A stretch of DNA of 64,000 nt from Spirochaetia bacterium (GTDB lineage Bacteria > Spirochaetota > Spirochaetia > SZUA-6 > Bin103): contig OZ241907.1 in NCBI GenBank assembly GCA_965203515.1, forward strand, positions 1,248,001 to 1,312,000. The letters run 5' to 3'. The translations under genes and the position numbers were made by a program. The notes beneath the pieces were generated by a model. That model saw nothing but the letters and a program-made list of their open reading frames with translations. It was not told the DNA's origin and ran no database searches. Of this stretch, positions 38,892 through 49,008 are shown piece by piece (position 1 is the stretch's first letter; each line of letters opens with the position of its first letter).

Positions 38892-41002
38892 GTTCGATAG
38901 ACGCGGAAGCCGTCGGCGAGCATGGTGCCCTGCTCGATGACGAAGCCGGCCCCGCCGCTGCGGTAGCGGTCGTCCCGTGCCCGGAGCAGGGAGGCGCCGT
39001 CGACGGCAAGCTCCAAGCGGTCGCCCGACGCGGCGAACCGCACCGCGTACAGCCGTTCCGTCACGTACGGGAACGACGCGTGCGCGAGCGTGCGCTCCTC
39101 CCGGTCCTCGCGCGCCACGATGGCGATGCGGTCGCCCCCGCTGAATACGGCGGCGTAGTAGCGCCGCAGGCCGGCGGCGCGCAGCACCAGGCCGCCCCGG
39201 CGGTGCAGGCTGAAGCGGAGCCGCGTCTCTACGACGTAGTCGCGCCACGCGCGGGTGCCGAGCGTCACCAGACCGTCGTCGGCGCTGTGCGAGATGCAGT
39301 AGGTGAGCTCGAAATCGGGCGCGAACTGGCGCGCCGCGCTCACCCAGGCGCGCAGCCAGCACGGGCGCAGGTTCCAGATCGATGACATCAGCATGCCGCG
39401 CTGCCGGAAGTCGCGCGGCGCGCCGTCCCAGTCGACGCTGCGCAGGCGCAGCTCGCCGGCGAGCGGGCCGGCCGCGCCGGCCGGCGCGCGCAACTCGATC
39501 CCCAGCCGGAACAGCGGCATGCCGCCGTTGGCGGGCACGCGCCACCGGAGCGTGTTGGCGCCGGCGCGGAGCGCGCACGGTTCGGAGCGCAGTTGCCGCA
39601 CGCGGTCGGCGGCATCGTAGTAGAGCGCGTACGCCGCGGCCATCGGCAACGGGACCGACGCCGCCGCCGGCGCCTCCAGGCGCATGGTCACTTCCTGCGT
39701 GGCGTAGAGCGTCGGGCTGGCGTGGGTGGCAAAGTTGTCCGCGGTCTCGGCGAAGTCCAGGAACACCGGCGTCGACACCCGCGCCGCGCGCGCCGGCGTC
39801 AGGTCCCGATACTGCAGCAGGAGACCCGGATCGGCGCTGCCGGCAACGCGCACCGGCGCCGCGGCCGGCGCCTCGGGGAGCGCGTGCGGGCAGGGCGCGA
39901 ACCCCTGGCGGGCGCCGGGCAGCTCGAAGGCATAGCGCGGCAGCGCCGCCGGCAGGGGCGCGCCGGCAAAGGCGGCGCCGGCGCGCAGGATGCGGCGCGT
40001 CTCACGGACCGCGTCGCTGACGCAGCGGCCGCCTTCGGCGGTGACCACCAGCAGGCGGTCGGCGACCGGCTCGCGCAGATCGGCCGGGATCGCCGCCAGA
40101 CCCAACCGCACGCCGTTCAGGCAGCCGACGCTGCCGGCGTTGCAATCGGTATCCCAGCCGGCCGAGGCCGCGATCGTCAGCGCGCGGCGGAAGTCGTCGC
40201 CGCCGAGCAGCAGAGCGGCCAGCACCATGGCGTGGTTGGTCAGAATCGGACACGGTCCGGGAAAGACCCCGTACCCGTAGCGCGGGTCGAGCCAGTCGCG
40301 CACCCGCCGCCAGTCGCGCTCGCGGCTGCAGACGCCCCGCACGTCGTCCAGCAGCCGGCGGAGCCGGTCGCCGGCCGCGAACGGCTGCGCCGCCTCCAGC
40401 AATGCATCCAGAGGCCGGTGGGTGAAGGCGAGCGCCTGCAGCGCGCCCAGGAAGGCCGCGCAGTCGAGCGCCACCCCGTCGTGGCTCACCGACGCCGCCT
40501 TGCGGATGAGCGCGGCCGCCTGCTCCGGGTCGCCGGGCGACATCAGCGCCAGCGGATCGGTGAAGATCTGAGCGCCGATCTGGGTGGAGAGCATCGCTCC
40601 GTTGAGCGCGCGACTCCCGCTCTGCGGAGCGCGGTAGCCGGCCCGCAGGCGCAGATAGGCGGTGTGCTCGGTCGAGCGGCCGAAGCCGCCCCACCAGAGG
40701 ATGGTCTTGTCCTCGATGATGGTGTTGAGCCAGGTATCGCCGAAGTCCTCGGCGGTGACGCGGCGCGCGCAGCCGCGGTCCTCCAGCGCACGGAAGAAGC
40801 CGAAGCTGCCGGAGAGGTCGTCGTCGGCGACCACCAGCGGCAACCCGAGCGGCTCATGCACGTACCGGTCGACCTCCCCGAACCGCGTGCGGATGGCGTC
40901 GCAGGTCCATCCCTCGACCGGCCGCCCCAGGTAGACGCCGATCAGCTTGCCGAGCACGCCGGCGTAGGTCGCCGCGGCGGTGCGCCGTTCGTCAGCCGTC
41001 AT
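38882..41002 (-). CDS. ADP-ribosylglycohydrolase-family protein with C-terminal beta-sandwich
   Basis: GVLGKLIGVYLGRPVEGW, ADDDLSG, VSHDG, GWDTDCNAG. Confidence 0.9.
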   Translation of the reverse strand: MTADERRTAAATYAGVLGKLIGVYLGRPVEGWTCDAIRTRFGEVDRYVHEPLGLPLVVADDDLSGSFGFFRALEDRGCARRVTAEDFGDTWLNTIIEDKTILWWGGFGRSTEHTAYLRLRAGYRAPQSGSRALNGAMLSTQIGAQIFTDPLALMSPGDPEQAAALIRKAASVSHDGVALDCAAFLGALQALAFTHRPLDALLEAAQPFAAGDRLRRLLDDVRGVCSRERDWRRVRDWLDPRYGYGVFPGPCPILTNHAMVLAALLLGGDDFRRALTIAASAGWDTDCNAGSVGCLNGVRLGLAAIPADLREPVADRLLVVTAEGGRCVSDAVRETRRILRAGAAFAGAPLPAALPRYAFELPGARQGFAPCPHALPEAPAAAPVRVAGSADPGLLLQYRDLTPARAARVSTPVFLDFAETADNFATHASPTLYATQEVTMRLEAPAAASVPLPMAAAYALYYDAADRVRQLRSEPCALRAGANTLRWRVPANGGMPLFRLGIELRAPAGAAGPLAGELRLRSVDWDGAPRDFRQRGMLMSSIWNLRPCWLRAWVSAARQFAPDFELTYCISHSADDGLVTLGTRAWRDYVVETRLRFSLHRRGGLVLRAAGLRRYYAAVFSGGDRIAIVAREDREERTLAHASFPYVTERLYAVRFAASGDRLELAVDGASLLRARDDRYRSGGAGFVIEQGTMLADGFRVYRTSR

Positions 41003-43164
41003 CGTCCATCACCTTCATCGTCATCGGCCGCACGCTCCACCCGCAAGCCGCGCGCCAGGTAGCCGCCCTCCTCCACCAGGAAGCCGGCGCCGCCGCTGAC
41101 GTACTCTGCGTCGCGCGCCGTGAGGATGGGGCGGCCGGCGACCGCGAATCGCAGCGCGTCGCCGGCCGCGGTCAGCGCCAACCGCAGCGGCGCGTTCGGC
41201 GTCACCGCCCAACGGCGGCTCGCCAGCACCCGCGCTTCGCCGTCGCGCCGCTTGAGCAGGCGCGCCTCGCCGCCGCTCAGCACCGCGGCGTAGTACCGGC
41301 GGTGACCGCGGGCGCGCGCCACCAGCCCGGCCGTCCGCTGGTGCACGGGCGTCAACTCGGAGGAAACGGTGTAGTCGTCCCAGTCGCGGGTCCCGATCGT
41401 GACGACGCCGTCGTCGCCCGGGTGCGAGATCGAGAAGGTGGTCGTGTAGTCGGGGGCGAGGTTCCGGGCCGAGCTGAGAAACGCCTTCAGCCACGGCGCG
41501 TCGGTGGTCCAGGGCGTCAGCTCCGGGGAGAGCTCGCCGGCGTCGCCCATGACGAAGCGCTCCGGCGCCCCGTACCAGTCGAGCCGGCGCAGGGTGAGCG
41601 CGCCATCCAGCCGGCGCGGCGCGCTCAGCTCGATGCCGAGCTGATGGATCGGCTGCCCGCCGCAGTCCGGCACCCGCCAGCGGAGCTCGTTGGCGCCCGG
41701 CTGCAGGTCGGTCGCCGGGCCGTAGCGCGTGCGCAGCGAACCGTCGCCCCGGTAGTGGCGGACGAAGAAGCGCCAGCGGGGATTCGCCCCGGCGCCGCAA
41801 TCGACCCGGGCGCGCACCGTCTGCGTGCCGTACAGCGTGGGGCTGGCCAGCACCTCGAAATAGCTGGTGTCCCGCACGCCGCTCGGTTCGGGAGGGAAGC
41901 AGGTCTGCACGCGCAGGCGCCCGCAACGGCCCGGCGCCAGCCGCTCGTAGGCGATTACCAGCCCCGCGCCCGCGCTGCGCAGGCCGGTGACCGCCTGCGC
42001 GTGGCGCGGCTCGCGGTCGGCCCGGAATCCCTGGGTCGCGCCGGGAAACTCGAACCCGAAGCGCGGCTGCCGCGGCGGCAGCTCCTCGCCGCGCAGCGCC
42101 GCCGCGGCGCGCAGGATGCGCCGGGTCTCGCGCACCGCGTCGGTCACGCACTCGCCGCCGTCGGCGCTCACCGCGTAGAGCCGGTCGGCCACCGGCGCGC
42201 GCAGGTCGACCCCGGTCGAGAGCGCCGCCAACCCCAGCCGCACGCCGTTCAGGCAGCCGACGTTGCCGGCGTTGCAGTCGGTGTCCCAACCGGCGCTGGC
42301 GGCGATGCTCACGCTGCCCGGCAGGTCATCGCCGCCGAGCAGGAACGCCATCAGCACCGCCAGGTGATTGGTCACCATCGGGCAGTTGCCGGGGTAGCGG
42401 TGGTAGCCGTGCTCGCGCTCGATCCAGTCGCGCACCTCGCGCCAGTCGGCGGCCGGCCGGCAGCGCCGCCGCAACGCGCCGACCAGGCCGCGCAGGGCGG
42501 CGCTGCCGGTCAGGGCCAGCGCGCGCTCCAGCAGCCGGTCGACGTCCCGCTCCACGAACGCCAGCGACTCCAGCACCGCCAGGAAGACCGCGCACTCGAC
42601 CGCGATCCCGTCGTGGCTCACGCCGGCGGCGGCGCGCGCCAGCCGCGCGGCCCGCTCCGGCGCGCCGGGGTTGGCCAGCGCCCAGCCGTCGATGAATATC
42701 TGCGCGCCGATCTGCTCCGCCATCGCGCGTCCGTTCAGCGCGATCGAGCCGCTCGCCGGCGCGGCGTGCCCCTGCCGCAGGCGCAGCCAGGCGGTGTGTT
42801 CGGTCGAGCGGCTCATCCCGCCCCACCAGAGAATCGTCTTGTCCTCGATGACGTAGTTCAACCAGCACTCGCCGATCTGCCGCGCGCTCAGCCCCGGATC
42901 GAAGCCGTGATCCTCCAGCGCCCGCAAGAAGACGAAGGTCCCGGAGATGTCGTCGTCGGGGACGATCAGCGGCATCCCCACCTCGTGGTGGACGTAGTTC
43001 GCCACCGTCCCGAACCGTTCCCGGATCGCCTCGTAGCGCCAGCCTTCGACCGCGCGCCCCAGGTAGACGCCGATCAGCTTGCCCAGCACGCCCGCGTAGA
43101 CGCGCTGGCGCGTCGCCTCGGTCAACTTCCCCTCGGTCAACCGCTCCCCGGTCGCGGCGCTCAT
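40999..43164 (-). CDS. ADP-ribosylglycohydrolase-family protein with C-terminal beta-sandwich
   Basis: GVYLGRAVEGW, PDDDISG, VSHDG, GWDTDCNAG; full-length paralog of the adjacent gene with ATGA overlap. Confidence 0.9.
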   Translation of the reverse strand: MSAATGERLTEGKLTEATRQRVYAGVLGKLIGVYLGRAVEGWRYEAIRERFGTVANYVHHEVGMPLIVPDDDISGTFVFLRALEDHGFDPGLSARQIGECWLNYVIEDKTILWWGGMSRSTEHTAWLRLRQGHAAPASGSIALNGRAMAEQIGAQIFIDGWALANPGAPERAARLARAAAGVSHDGIAVECAVFLAVLESLAFVERDVDRLLERALALTGSAALRGLVGALRRRCRPAADWREVRDWIEREHGYHRYPGNCPMVTNHLAVLMAFLLGGDDLPGSVSIAASAGWDTDCNAGNVGCLNGVRLGLAALSTGVDLRAPVADRLYAVSADGGECVTDAVRETRRILRAAAALRGEELPPRQPRFGFEFPGATQGFRADREPRHAQAVTGLRSAGAGLVIAYERLAPGRCGRLRVQTCFPPEPSGVRDTSYFEVLASPTLYGTQTVRARVDCGAGANPRWRFFVRHYRGDGSLRTRYGPATDLQPGANELRWRVPDCGGQPIHQLGIELSAPRRLDGALTLRRLDWYGAPERFVMGDAGELSPELTPWTTDAPWLKAFLSSARNLAPDYTTTFSISHPGDDGVVTIGTRDWDDYTVSSELTPVHQRTAGLVARARGHRRYYAAVLSGGEARLLKRRDGEARVLASRRWAVTPNAPLRLALTAAGDALRFAVAGRPILTARDAEYVSGGAGFLVEEGGYLARGLRVERAADDDEGDGR

Positions 43165-43168
43165 CGGC

Positions 43169-43999
43169 TCAGCCCTTGAGCGCCCCGCTGATCAGCCCCT
43201 CGATGAAGTAGCGCTGGACCAGCACGAAGAAGAGCAGCGGAGGCGCGATCATGAGGAAGGTTCCGGCCATCATCACGCTCATGTTGTCGGTAAAGGTGCC
43301 GTTCATCGACAGCAGGCCGAGCGTGGCGGTGATGCTCTCCTGGCCCAGGAAGGTGCGCGTGATCAGGAACTCGTTCCACGCCTGCAGGCCGACGATCACG
43401 GCGACGGTGATCATGCCGGGCCGTACCGCCGGAAACAGCACCGACAGCAGCACGCGCGCGGTGCCGGCGCCGTCGATCCGGGCCGCCTCCTCGAGCTGTT
43501 CCGGCACCGCCAGAAAGAACGCGCGCATCAGGAACACCGCCAGCGGCATGTTGAGCGCCGCCAGCACCACGCCGACCCCGTACAGGCTGCCGAGCAGCCC
43601 CAGCACACGCGCAAACAGATAGTAGAGCGGAAACAGGAACAACTGGATCGGGACCGTGATCGCCACCATGAAGTAGATCGTCACGATCCGCCACTGGCGC
43701 ACCCGCCGCCGCGCCAGCACGTAGCCGGCCAGGGAGGCGCAGAACAGCACCGTGAGCACGGCCGTGCCGCTCAACAGCCCGCTGTTCACGAAGCCGCGCG
43801 CGAACTGCCCGTAGCGCCACGCCTGCTCGAAGTTCTCCCAGCGCGGCGTCTGCGGCGCGCCGAGCGGGTTGCGCACCACCTCGCGGTGGGTCTTCAAGCT
43901 GTTGATCGCCACCAGCGCCAGGGGCGCCAGCGCCGTGAACGCAAAGAAGATGAGCACCAGATGGGCGCTCAGCGAGTGGCGCGCGCGCCGCGCGGTCAC
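43169..43999 (-). CDS. Carbohydrate ABC permease
   Basis: LEEAARIDGA, WNEF, QRYFIEG; GTG overlaps the upstream stop. Confidence 0.92.
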   Translation of the reverse strand: MTARRARHSLSAHLVLIFFAFTALAPLALVAINSLKTHREVVRNPLGAPQTPRWENFEQAWRYGQFARGFVNSGLLSGTAVLTVLFCASLAGYVLARRRVRQWRIVTIYFMVAITVPIQLFLFPLYYLFARVLGLLGSLYGVGVVLAALNMPLAVFLMRAFFLAVPEQLEEAARIDGAGTARVLLSVLFPAVRPGMITVAVIVGLQAWNEFLITRTFLGQESITATLGLLSMNGTFTDNMSVMMAGTFLMIAPPLLFFVLVQRYFIEGLISGALKG

Positions 44000-44880
44000 G
44001 CCGATACCTCGCGCCGGCTCATCCAGACGTAGAAGACGGAGGCCGCCAGGCCGAAGGCGCTCATCACCAGACCGGTGGCCGCCGCCTTGCCGTATTGGAA
44101 CGCGTTGAAGGCGAGGGTGTAGGCGTAGGTGCTCAGCATCTCCGAGCCGTGCGCGGGGCCGCCGCCGGTCATGATGTAGACGTACTCGAAGGTCAGGAAC
44201 GAGAAGATCGTGATGATCACGAAGGTCAGCAGCACGGTCGGCAGGATCGTCGGCAGATAGATGAAGCGGAACAGGTGGAGCGCGCCCGCTCCCTCGACCG
44301 TGGCCGCCTCGACCAGCTCCTGCGGCGTCTGCCGCAGCGCCGCCAGATAGATCACGGTCAGGAACCCCCAGTAGTGCCAGATGTCGACCATCGCCACGAA
44401 GTAGAGCGCCGTGTCCGGGTTGCCCAGCGGCGAGCGCAGGGGCGCCAGCGGCGAGCCGCGCGGAAACAGATGACGCACGTGGCGCAGCAGGCCGGAGACC
44501 GGGTTGAGGATGATGTTGAGCCACAGGATGGCGTTGGTCACCGGCGCCAGCACGTACGGGCCGAGGTAGATCATCTGATAGAGCGTGCGCGTGCGGCGCC
44601 GCTTGAGCAGCAGCATGGCGGTGAGCAGCCCCACCCCGACCGGGACGGTCAGGAACAGCAGCGTCCACCTGACGTTGTTGCCCAGCGCCTTCCAGAACAC
44701 CCGGTCGGCGAAGATCTTCTCGAAGTTGACCGTGCCGATCCAGTTCATGCTGAGCGACACGCCGTTCCAGTCGGTGAACGCGACGTAGGCGGTCATCAGC
44801 CCGGGGGCGAAGACCACCGCCACGCTCAGGAACAGCGCGGGCGCCAGCAGCAGGTAATACTGGAAGGACCGGCGCCGCAT
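43996..44880 (-). CDS. Carbohydrate ABC permease
   Basis: IYLAALRQTPQELVEAATVEGA, MTGGGP, YGKAAA. Confidence 0.92.
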   Translation of the reverse strand: MRRRSFQYYLLLAPALFLSVAVVFAPGLMTAYVAFTDWNGVSLSMNWIGTVNFEKIFADRVFWKALGNNVRWTLLFLTVPVGVGLLTAMLLLKRRRTRTLYQMIYLGPYVLAPVTNAILWLNIILNPVSGLLRHVRHLFPRGSPLAPLRSPLGNPDTALYFVAMVDIWHYWGFLTVIYLAALRQTPQELVEAATVEGAGALHLFRFIYLPTILPTVLLTFVIITIFSFLTFEYVYIMTGGGPAHGSEMLSTYAYTLAFNAFQYGKAAATGLVMSAFGLAASVFYVWMSRREVSA

Positions 44881-44947
44881 CGGCGTTCAGGCGGGAGGAG
44901 GGTCAGGCAGGAGGAGCAAGCGGAAGGAGGGAGCCGCCGCCGTCCGC

Positions 44948-44979
44948 CGTCCGGCCGGGCGCTGCTGCCCGGCCGGACG
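44948..44979. terminator. GC-rich hairpin between SBP and permease genes
   Basis: CGTCCGGCCGGGC...GCCCGGCCGGACG inverted repeat; the right arm is repeated again downstream. Confidence 0.5.
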
Positions 44980-45044
44980 GGCAGCCCGGCCGGACGATGC
45001 TGCCCCGGAGATACGGGCCGGCGGCGGACGACGGGACCGCGCGG

Positions 45045-46394
45045 TCAGCCGCCGGCGGCCACGGGCGGCGGCACGGGAGCTACCAGACCGGCCGCCTTGT
45101 CCTCCTCGTACGCGGCCTGGACGTTGGCAAGGAACTCTTCCACCGTCAGCTCGCCCAGCCAGACCGAATCGATGTCGAAGAAGGCGGTCTGCGTAGCCGG
45201 CGGAAAGAAGGTCGACGGCGAGTAGCCGAAGTTGCCGGCATTGACCGCCGCGATGGCGTCCTGAATGGCGCTCAGGAAGCCGTGCGACAGCCCGCTGAAG
45301 TCGTCCAGGTCGATATCGAGCTGGCTGATCGGCACGCCCCAGTAGCCCGGCCATCCTTCGGTCATGCCGACCAGGAACTCCTGGGTCATCATGCGGTCGA
45401 TGATCGCGCCCACGGCGTCCTGCACCTCGGGCGGGGAGTAGGCGTTGATCGACAGCGAAGCGGTGGTCCCAAGCAGGAAGATCGGCGCGGGCAGCCCGGC
45501 GCGGCTCGGCAGCGGGAAGAAGCCGAGGTCGTCCAGGTTGCCGTCTTCTTCCGAGTAGAAGCTGGTCGCGAACTGAAACACGAGCGAGGGACCGAAGAAG
45601 AACGGCGCGTCGTCCGACTCCAGCAGCGACACCGAGTCCAGGAAGTTGAGGTTGAAGTAGTCCTCGCCGGCCAGGTAATCGGCCCGGAACCACTCCGCGC
45701 TCTTCCGCATGGCCGCGGCGATCGCCGGGTCGGTCCACGGAATCGTGCCGGTGATCGCGTCGTAGGTGACCTGCGGGCCGGCCCAGTGGGTGAGGAACAT
45801 CTGCGTATAGTTCTCGTTGACCGGCCGCCAGCCCTTGTTGCCGGTCACCGATGCGTAGAGGCCCTGGTCGAGCGCGTCGTCCATGATCGCCTCCAGCTCC
45901 TCGAAGGTGGTCGGGATCTCCCAGCCGTTCTCGGCGAACAGCGCCTTGTTGTAGAAGACGCCCATCGTGTTGAGCGAGTTGGGCAGCGCGTACAGGTCGC
46001 CGTCGACCGTGCCCGCTTCGTAGATCGGCGTGAGAATGCGGTCGCGCCAGCCGTACTGCTCCGCGTAGGGCTCCATCGAAGCCAGGTGCCCGGCGGCTGC
46101 GAACGGCCGCACGAAGGCGGGCCCCGATCCGTAGACCAGGTCCGGGCCGCCGCCGGCCGGCAGCACCGAAGCGATGACGCTGTCGACGTCGTTGCGGAAC
46201 TCCATCACCAGCTCGAACTGGTCCTGCGAAGCGTTGTAGGGATCGACCAGCACGGCGCGGATCACGTCCTGCAGGTGCGGACCGGCGCCCCACATCCAGA
46301 ACTGAATCTTCGTCCGCTCCTGCGCCGCGAGCGGCGCCACGCCGAGCATGCCGACGGCCAGTGCGAGGCCTGCGATCAAGAACTTGCGATGCAC
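45045..46394 (-). CDS. Carbohydrate ABC substrate-binding protein
   Basis: RBS AAGGAGA; signal peptide; GPDL, YALP, FYNKALF..GWEIPTT.EEL. Confidence 0.9.
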   Translation of the reverse strand: MHRKFLIAGLALAVGMLGVAPLAAQERTKIQFWMWGAGPHLQDVIRAVLVDPYNASQDQFELVMEFRNDVDSVIASVLPAGGGPDLVYGSGPAFVRPFAAAGHLASMEPYAEQYGWRDRILTPIYEAGTVDGDLYALPNSLNTMGVFYNKALFAENGWEIPTTFEELEAIMDDALDQGLYASVTGNKGWRPVNENYTQMFLTHWAGPQVTYDAITGTIPWTDPAIAAAMRKSAEWFRADYLAGEDYFNLNFLDSVSLLESDDAPFFFGPSLVFQFATSFYSEEDGNLDDLGFFPLPSRAGLPAPIFLLGTTASLSINAYSPPEVQDAVGAIIDRMMTQEFLVGMTEGWPGYWGVPISQLDIDLDDFSGLSHGFLSAIQDAIAAVNAGNFGYSPSTFFPPATQTAFFDIDSVWLGELTVEEFLANVQAAYEEDKAAGLVAPVPPPVAAGG

Positions 46395-46503
46395 GATGGT
46401 ATCTCCTTTGCGATCTTCTCTCTGTGTGAGGTGCGATGCATTCGCGGAAACGGGGCGAATGGCGGTTCGGTACGGTACCCCGAACCCCGGCGGCGCGCAA
46501 CCG

Positions 46504-47406
46504 TCAAGCCGGCCCGCGCAGATCGGGGGTCCAGTGCCGGCGGCCGGCCCGCTCCTTTTCCCGGTCCATCTCCGCCAGGATCGCCAGGCCGCGCAAGGCC
46601 ATCCGCTGCGCCGCGTCGTGACCGGCCCCGGCGCGAAACGGCTCGCCGGTCACCACGTTGTCCGCCACCGAGCAGATCGATCCGCCGCGCCGGCCGAACA
46701 GCAGCGGCAGGGTGATCAGCGCCGCCGACTCGCGGTCGCCGTTGAGCACGCCGACGCGGCGGTAGTAATCGATCACCTCCAGGTGGGGCGGCTGCAGGTA
46801 GCCGCCGACCGACGGCCGCCCCCCGCCGCAGAAGTCGCTGTCGCTGGAGCGGGTGATGCCGACGTGGTAGCGGGCGCCGAGCTCCTCCCCCGCCTGCGCC
46901 AGGGCCAGCACCAGTTCGGGACTGGCGGCGGCCGGGAACGACGGGGCGACGTACGCCCGGGTCATCCCCTCGTCGCGCACCGCGCCGCGGCTGATCACCA
47001 CGTCGCCCGGCCGCACCGCTTCGTGCATGCCGCCGGACCCGCCGAGCCGCAGGTAGGCGCTGGCCGCGGTGTTCTCCAGAAACTCGTGCAGGATCAGCTC
47101 GGCCTCGGGCGAGCCGCTGCCGCCGCTCACCACGCTCACGTGCGCGTCCCCGTAGTAGCCGCTGCAGGTGGTGAACATGCCGGTGCGCGCCACCAGCTCG
47201 CCGTCGCGGAGCTGCGCGGCGATCTGCTGCGCCGGGTCCTCCTCATAGGCGCACAACGGGTCGCGCACCGTCACGATCACGTAGTCGCCGATGCGCGCCG
47301 GGTCGATCCCGGTCAGCGCCGGCTTGCCGTCGATCAGAAGGCCGCGGCGCGGCACGTTGGCGGCGTATCGATACCGCCGGTAGAGTTCGTCGCCGGCGTC
47401 AGTCAT
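46504..47406 (-). CDS. Divergent nucleoside phosphorylase (NP-I, uridine phosphorylase-like)
   Basis: GGSGSPEA, LRLGGSG, GDVVI..GAVRDEG, YHVG..RSSDSDF. Confidence 0.8.
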   Translation of the reverse strand: MTDAGDELYRRYRYAANVPRRGLLIDGKPALTGIDPARIGDYVIVTVRDPLCAYEEDPAQQIAAQLRDGELVARTGMFTTCSGYYGDAHVSVVSGGSGSPEAELILHEFLENTAASAYLRLGGSGGMHEAVRPGDVVISRGAVRDEGMTRAYVAPSFPAAASPELVLALAQAGEELGARYHVGITRSSDSDFCGGGRPSVGGYLQPPHLEVIDYYRRVGVLNGDRESAALITLPLLFGRRGGSICSVADNVVTGEPFRAGAGHDAAQRMALRGLAILAEMDREKERAGRRHWTPDLRGPA

Positions 47407-47851
47407 CGTTCCCTCCTCCTTGTGACCCTCCTCGATGCCCTCCCTGGGGCGCCGCCGGCAGCATCTGCAGGTAGACCTGACGGTCGCGCGGGCCGTCGAA
47501 CTCCAGCAGATAGACCGCCTGCGAGTGGCCGAGCTGCAGCGTTCCCCGCTCGACGATCAGGCTGAGCGAGACGCCGACCAGCGCCGACTTCACGTGGCCG
47601 GCGGCGTCCTGCGGCGTGTCGTGCTGGTGCTTGAAGTCGATCCGCGTCGGCACCAGCCGCGCCAGCTCGTCGGCGACGTCCTCCAGGCCGAGCGGATCGG
47701 GAAAGGAGAGCACGACCAGCCCCGCGGTGGTGTGCGGGATGGTGGCTACCAGCACCCCGGACCGCAGGCCGCTCTCCCGGACGGCGGCGTGCAACGCGCC
47801 GGTCACCTCATGCGGGCCGTTGCCGGTGGTGCGCAGGCGGTGGGTACGCAT
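47399..47851 (-). CDS. yjbQ: YjbQ/UPF0047 family protein
   Basis: PHTTAG, AAGHVKSALVG, LGHSQAVYLLEFDGPRDR. Confidence 0.9.
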   Translation of the reverse strand: MRTHRLRTTGNGPHEVTGALHAAVRESGLRSGVLVATIPHTTAGLVVLSFPDPLGLEDVADELARLVPTRIDFKHQHDTPQDAAGHVKSALVGVSLSLIVERGTLQLGHSQAVYLLEFDGPRDRQVYLQMLPAAPQGGHRGGSQGGGNDD

Positions 47852-47856
47852 GTGGT

Positions 47857-49008
47857 TCAGCCTCCCCTGATCGGCAGCCGCCGCGAGCGGCGCGTCGTGC
47901 CGCCGTCCCGGCAGTCCTGCCAGCGCCCGCGCGCGCCGCGGCCGTACTCCGCGCCCAGCGCGGCGCTCAACCGGGCGGCGAACAGCGCCGGAGCCGCAGC
48001 GTACAGGAACGGCGCGAACAGGGTATTGGGCGGGGCCGGCAGTATGACGGTCCGCTTGAGCCCCTCGCCCAGCGCCGCGTCGGTCACGATGCGCCAGGGA
48101 CGCTCCAGCCGCTCCAGGATCGGCTCGATCTCCGCCACCCGGCTGCGGTCGCGCCCCGGCGGCGGGCAGAGCACCCAGGTCGCGCAGGCGGCGGGATCGC
48201 GCGCGAAGTAGTGCAGATGCAGCCACTCTTCCAGGTCCTGGTCGAGGGCCGGGACGCCGGCCGCCTCCAGCAGCTTGGCGCTGCCGTAGGCGGCCGCGGC
48301 GCGCGCCGGACCGGCGGCCAGGAGCTCGTAGCGGCCGTGACCGCGCCACTCCTGCGCCAGCGCGGCGAGCTGCCGGTCGAGCGCCGGCAGCATCCGGCCG
48401 ATCACCGCGGCGGTCTCGAGCAGATCGCGCCGCAACCGTTCGGCCTCGTCCTGCCGCAGCCGGGCGCGCACCTCGCCGATGCGGATCGCCAGCAGGTAGA
48501 GCGCCAGCGCGGAGAGAAAGAAGGACCGCACGCCGGGCGCGGCCGGATACGGCGGCAGCGTGAGCGGCAGGCAGCGCGCGGCCGCCCGCGCCAGGCTGCT
48601 GCCCGGATCGGCGGTCAGCGCCACGGTCAGGGCGCCGCGCGCCCGCCACTGCTCGACCGCCTCGACCGTCCGGGCCACCTCGCCGGAGGCGCTGACCGCC
48701 AGCAGCAGCGGATCGTGGGGCAGGCGGCGCCGCGGCAACGCCACCTCGTAGCGCGCCGCCTGCAGCGCGTTCAGGGGCCGGCAGAGGATGCCGGTCAGCT
48801 CCGTCCAGGCGGCGGCGACCAGCGCGCCCGCGATCCGCGAATCGCCGCAGCCGGTGACGATCACCTCGCGCACCCCGAACGCCTCGGCGTTGGGGAGCAG
48901 CGCGCGCGCGGAGGCTTCCAGCTCCGCGTACCCGGACGCAAGCAGCTCCGGCAGGCTGAACACCTGCGCGCGCATCGGGTCGTCCGGGGGCGCCGTCGCG
49001 GCGTTCAT
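47857..49008 (-). CDS. Double-SIS-domain phosphosugar isomerase/deglycase (GlmS/FrlB/AgaS-like, no glutaminase domain)
   Basis: TGCGDS, VSASGEV, ALTA...S.LA, KLLEAAG...EEWLH. Confidence 0.82.
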   Translation of the reverse strand: MNAATAPPDDPMRAQVFSLPELLASGYAELEASARALLPNAEAFGVREVIVTGCGDSRIAGALVAAAWTELTGILCRPLNALQAARYEVALPRRRLPHDPLLLAVSASGEVARTVEAVEQWRARGALTVALTADPGSSLARAAARCLPLTLPPYPAAPGVRSFFLSALALYLLAIRIGEVRARLRQDEAERLRRDLLETAAVIGRMLPALDRQLAALAQEWRGHGRYELLAAGPARAAAAYGSAKLLEAAGVPALDQDLEEWLHLHYFARDPAACATWVLCPPPGRDRSRVAEIEPILERLERPWRIVTDAALGEGLKRTVILPAPPNTLFAPFLYAAAPALFAARLSAALGAEYGRGARGRWQDCRDGGTTRRSRRLPIRGG

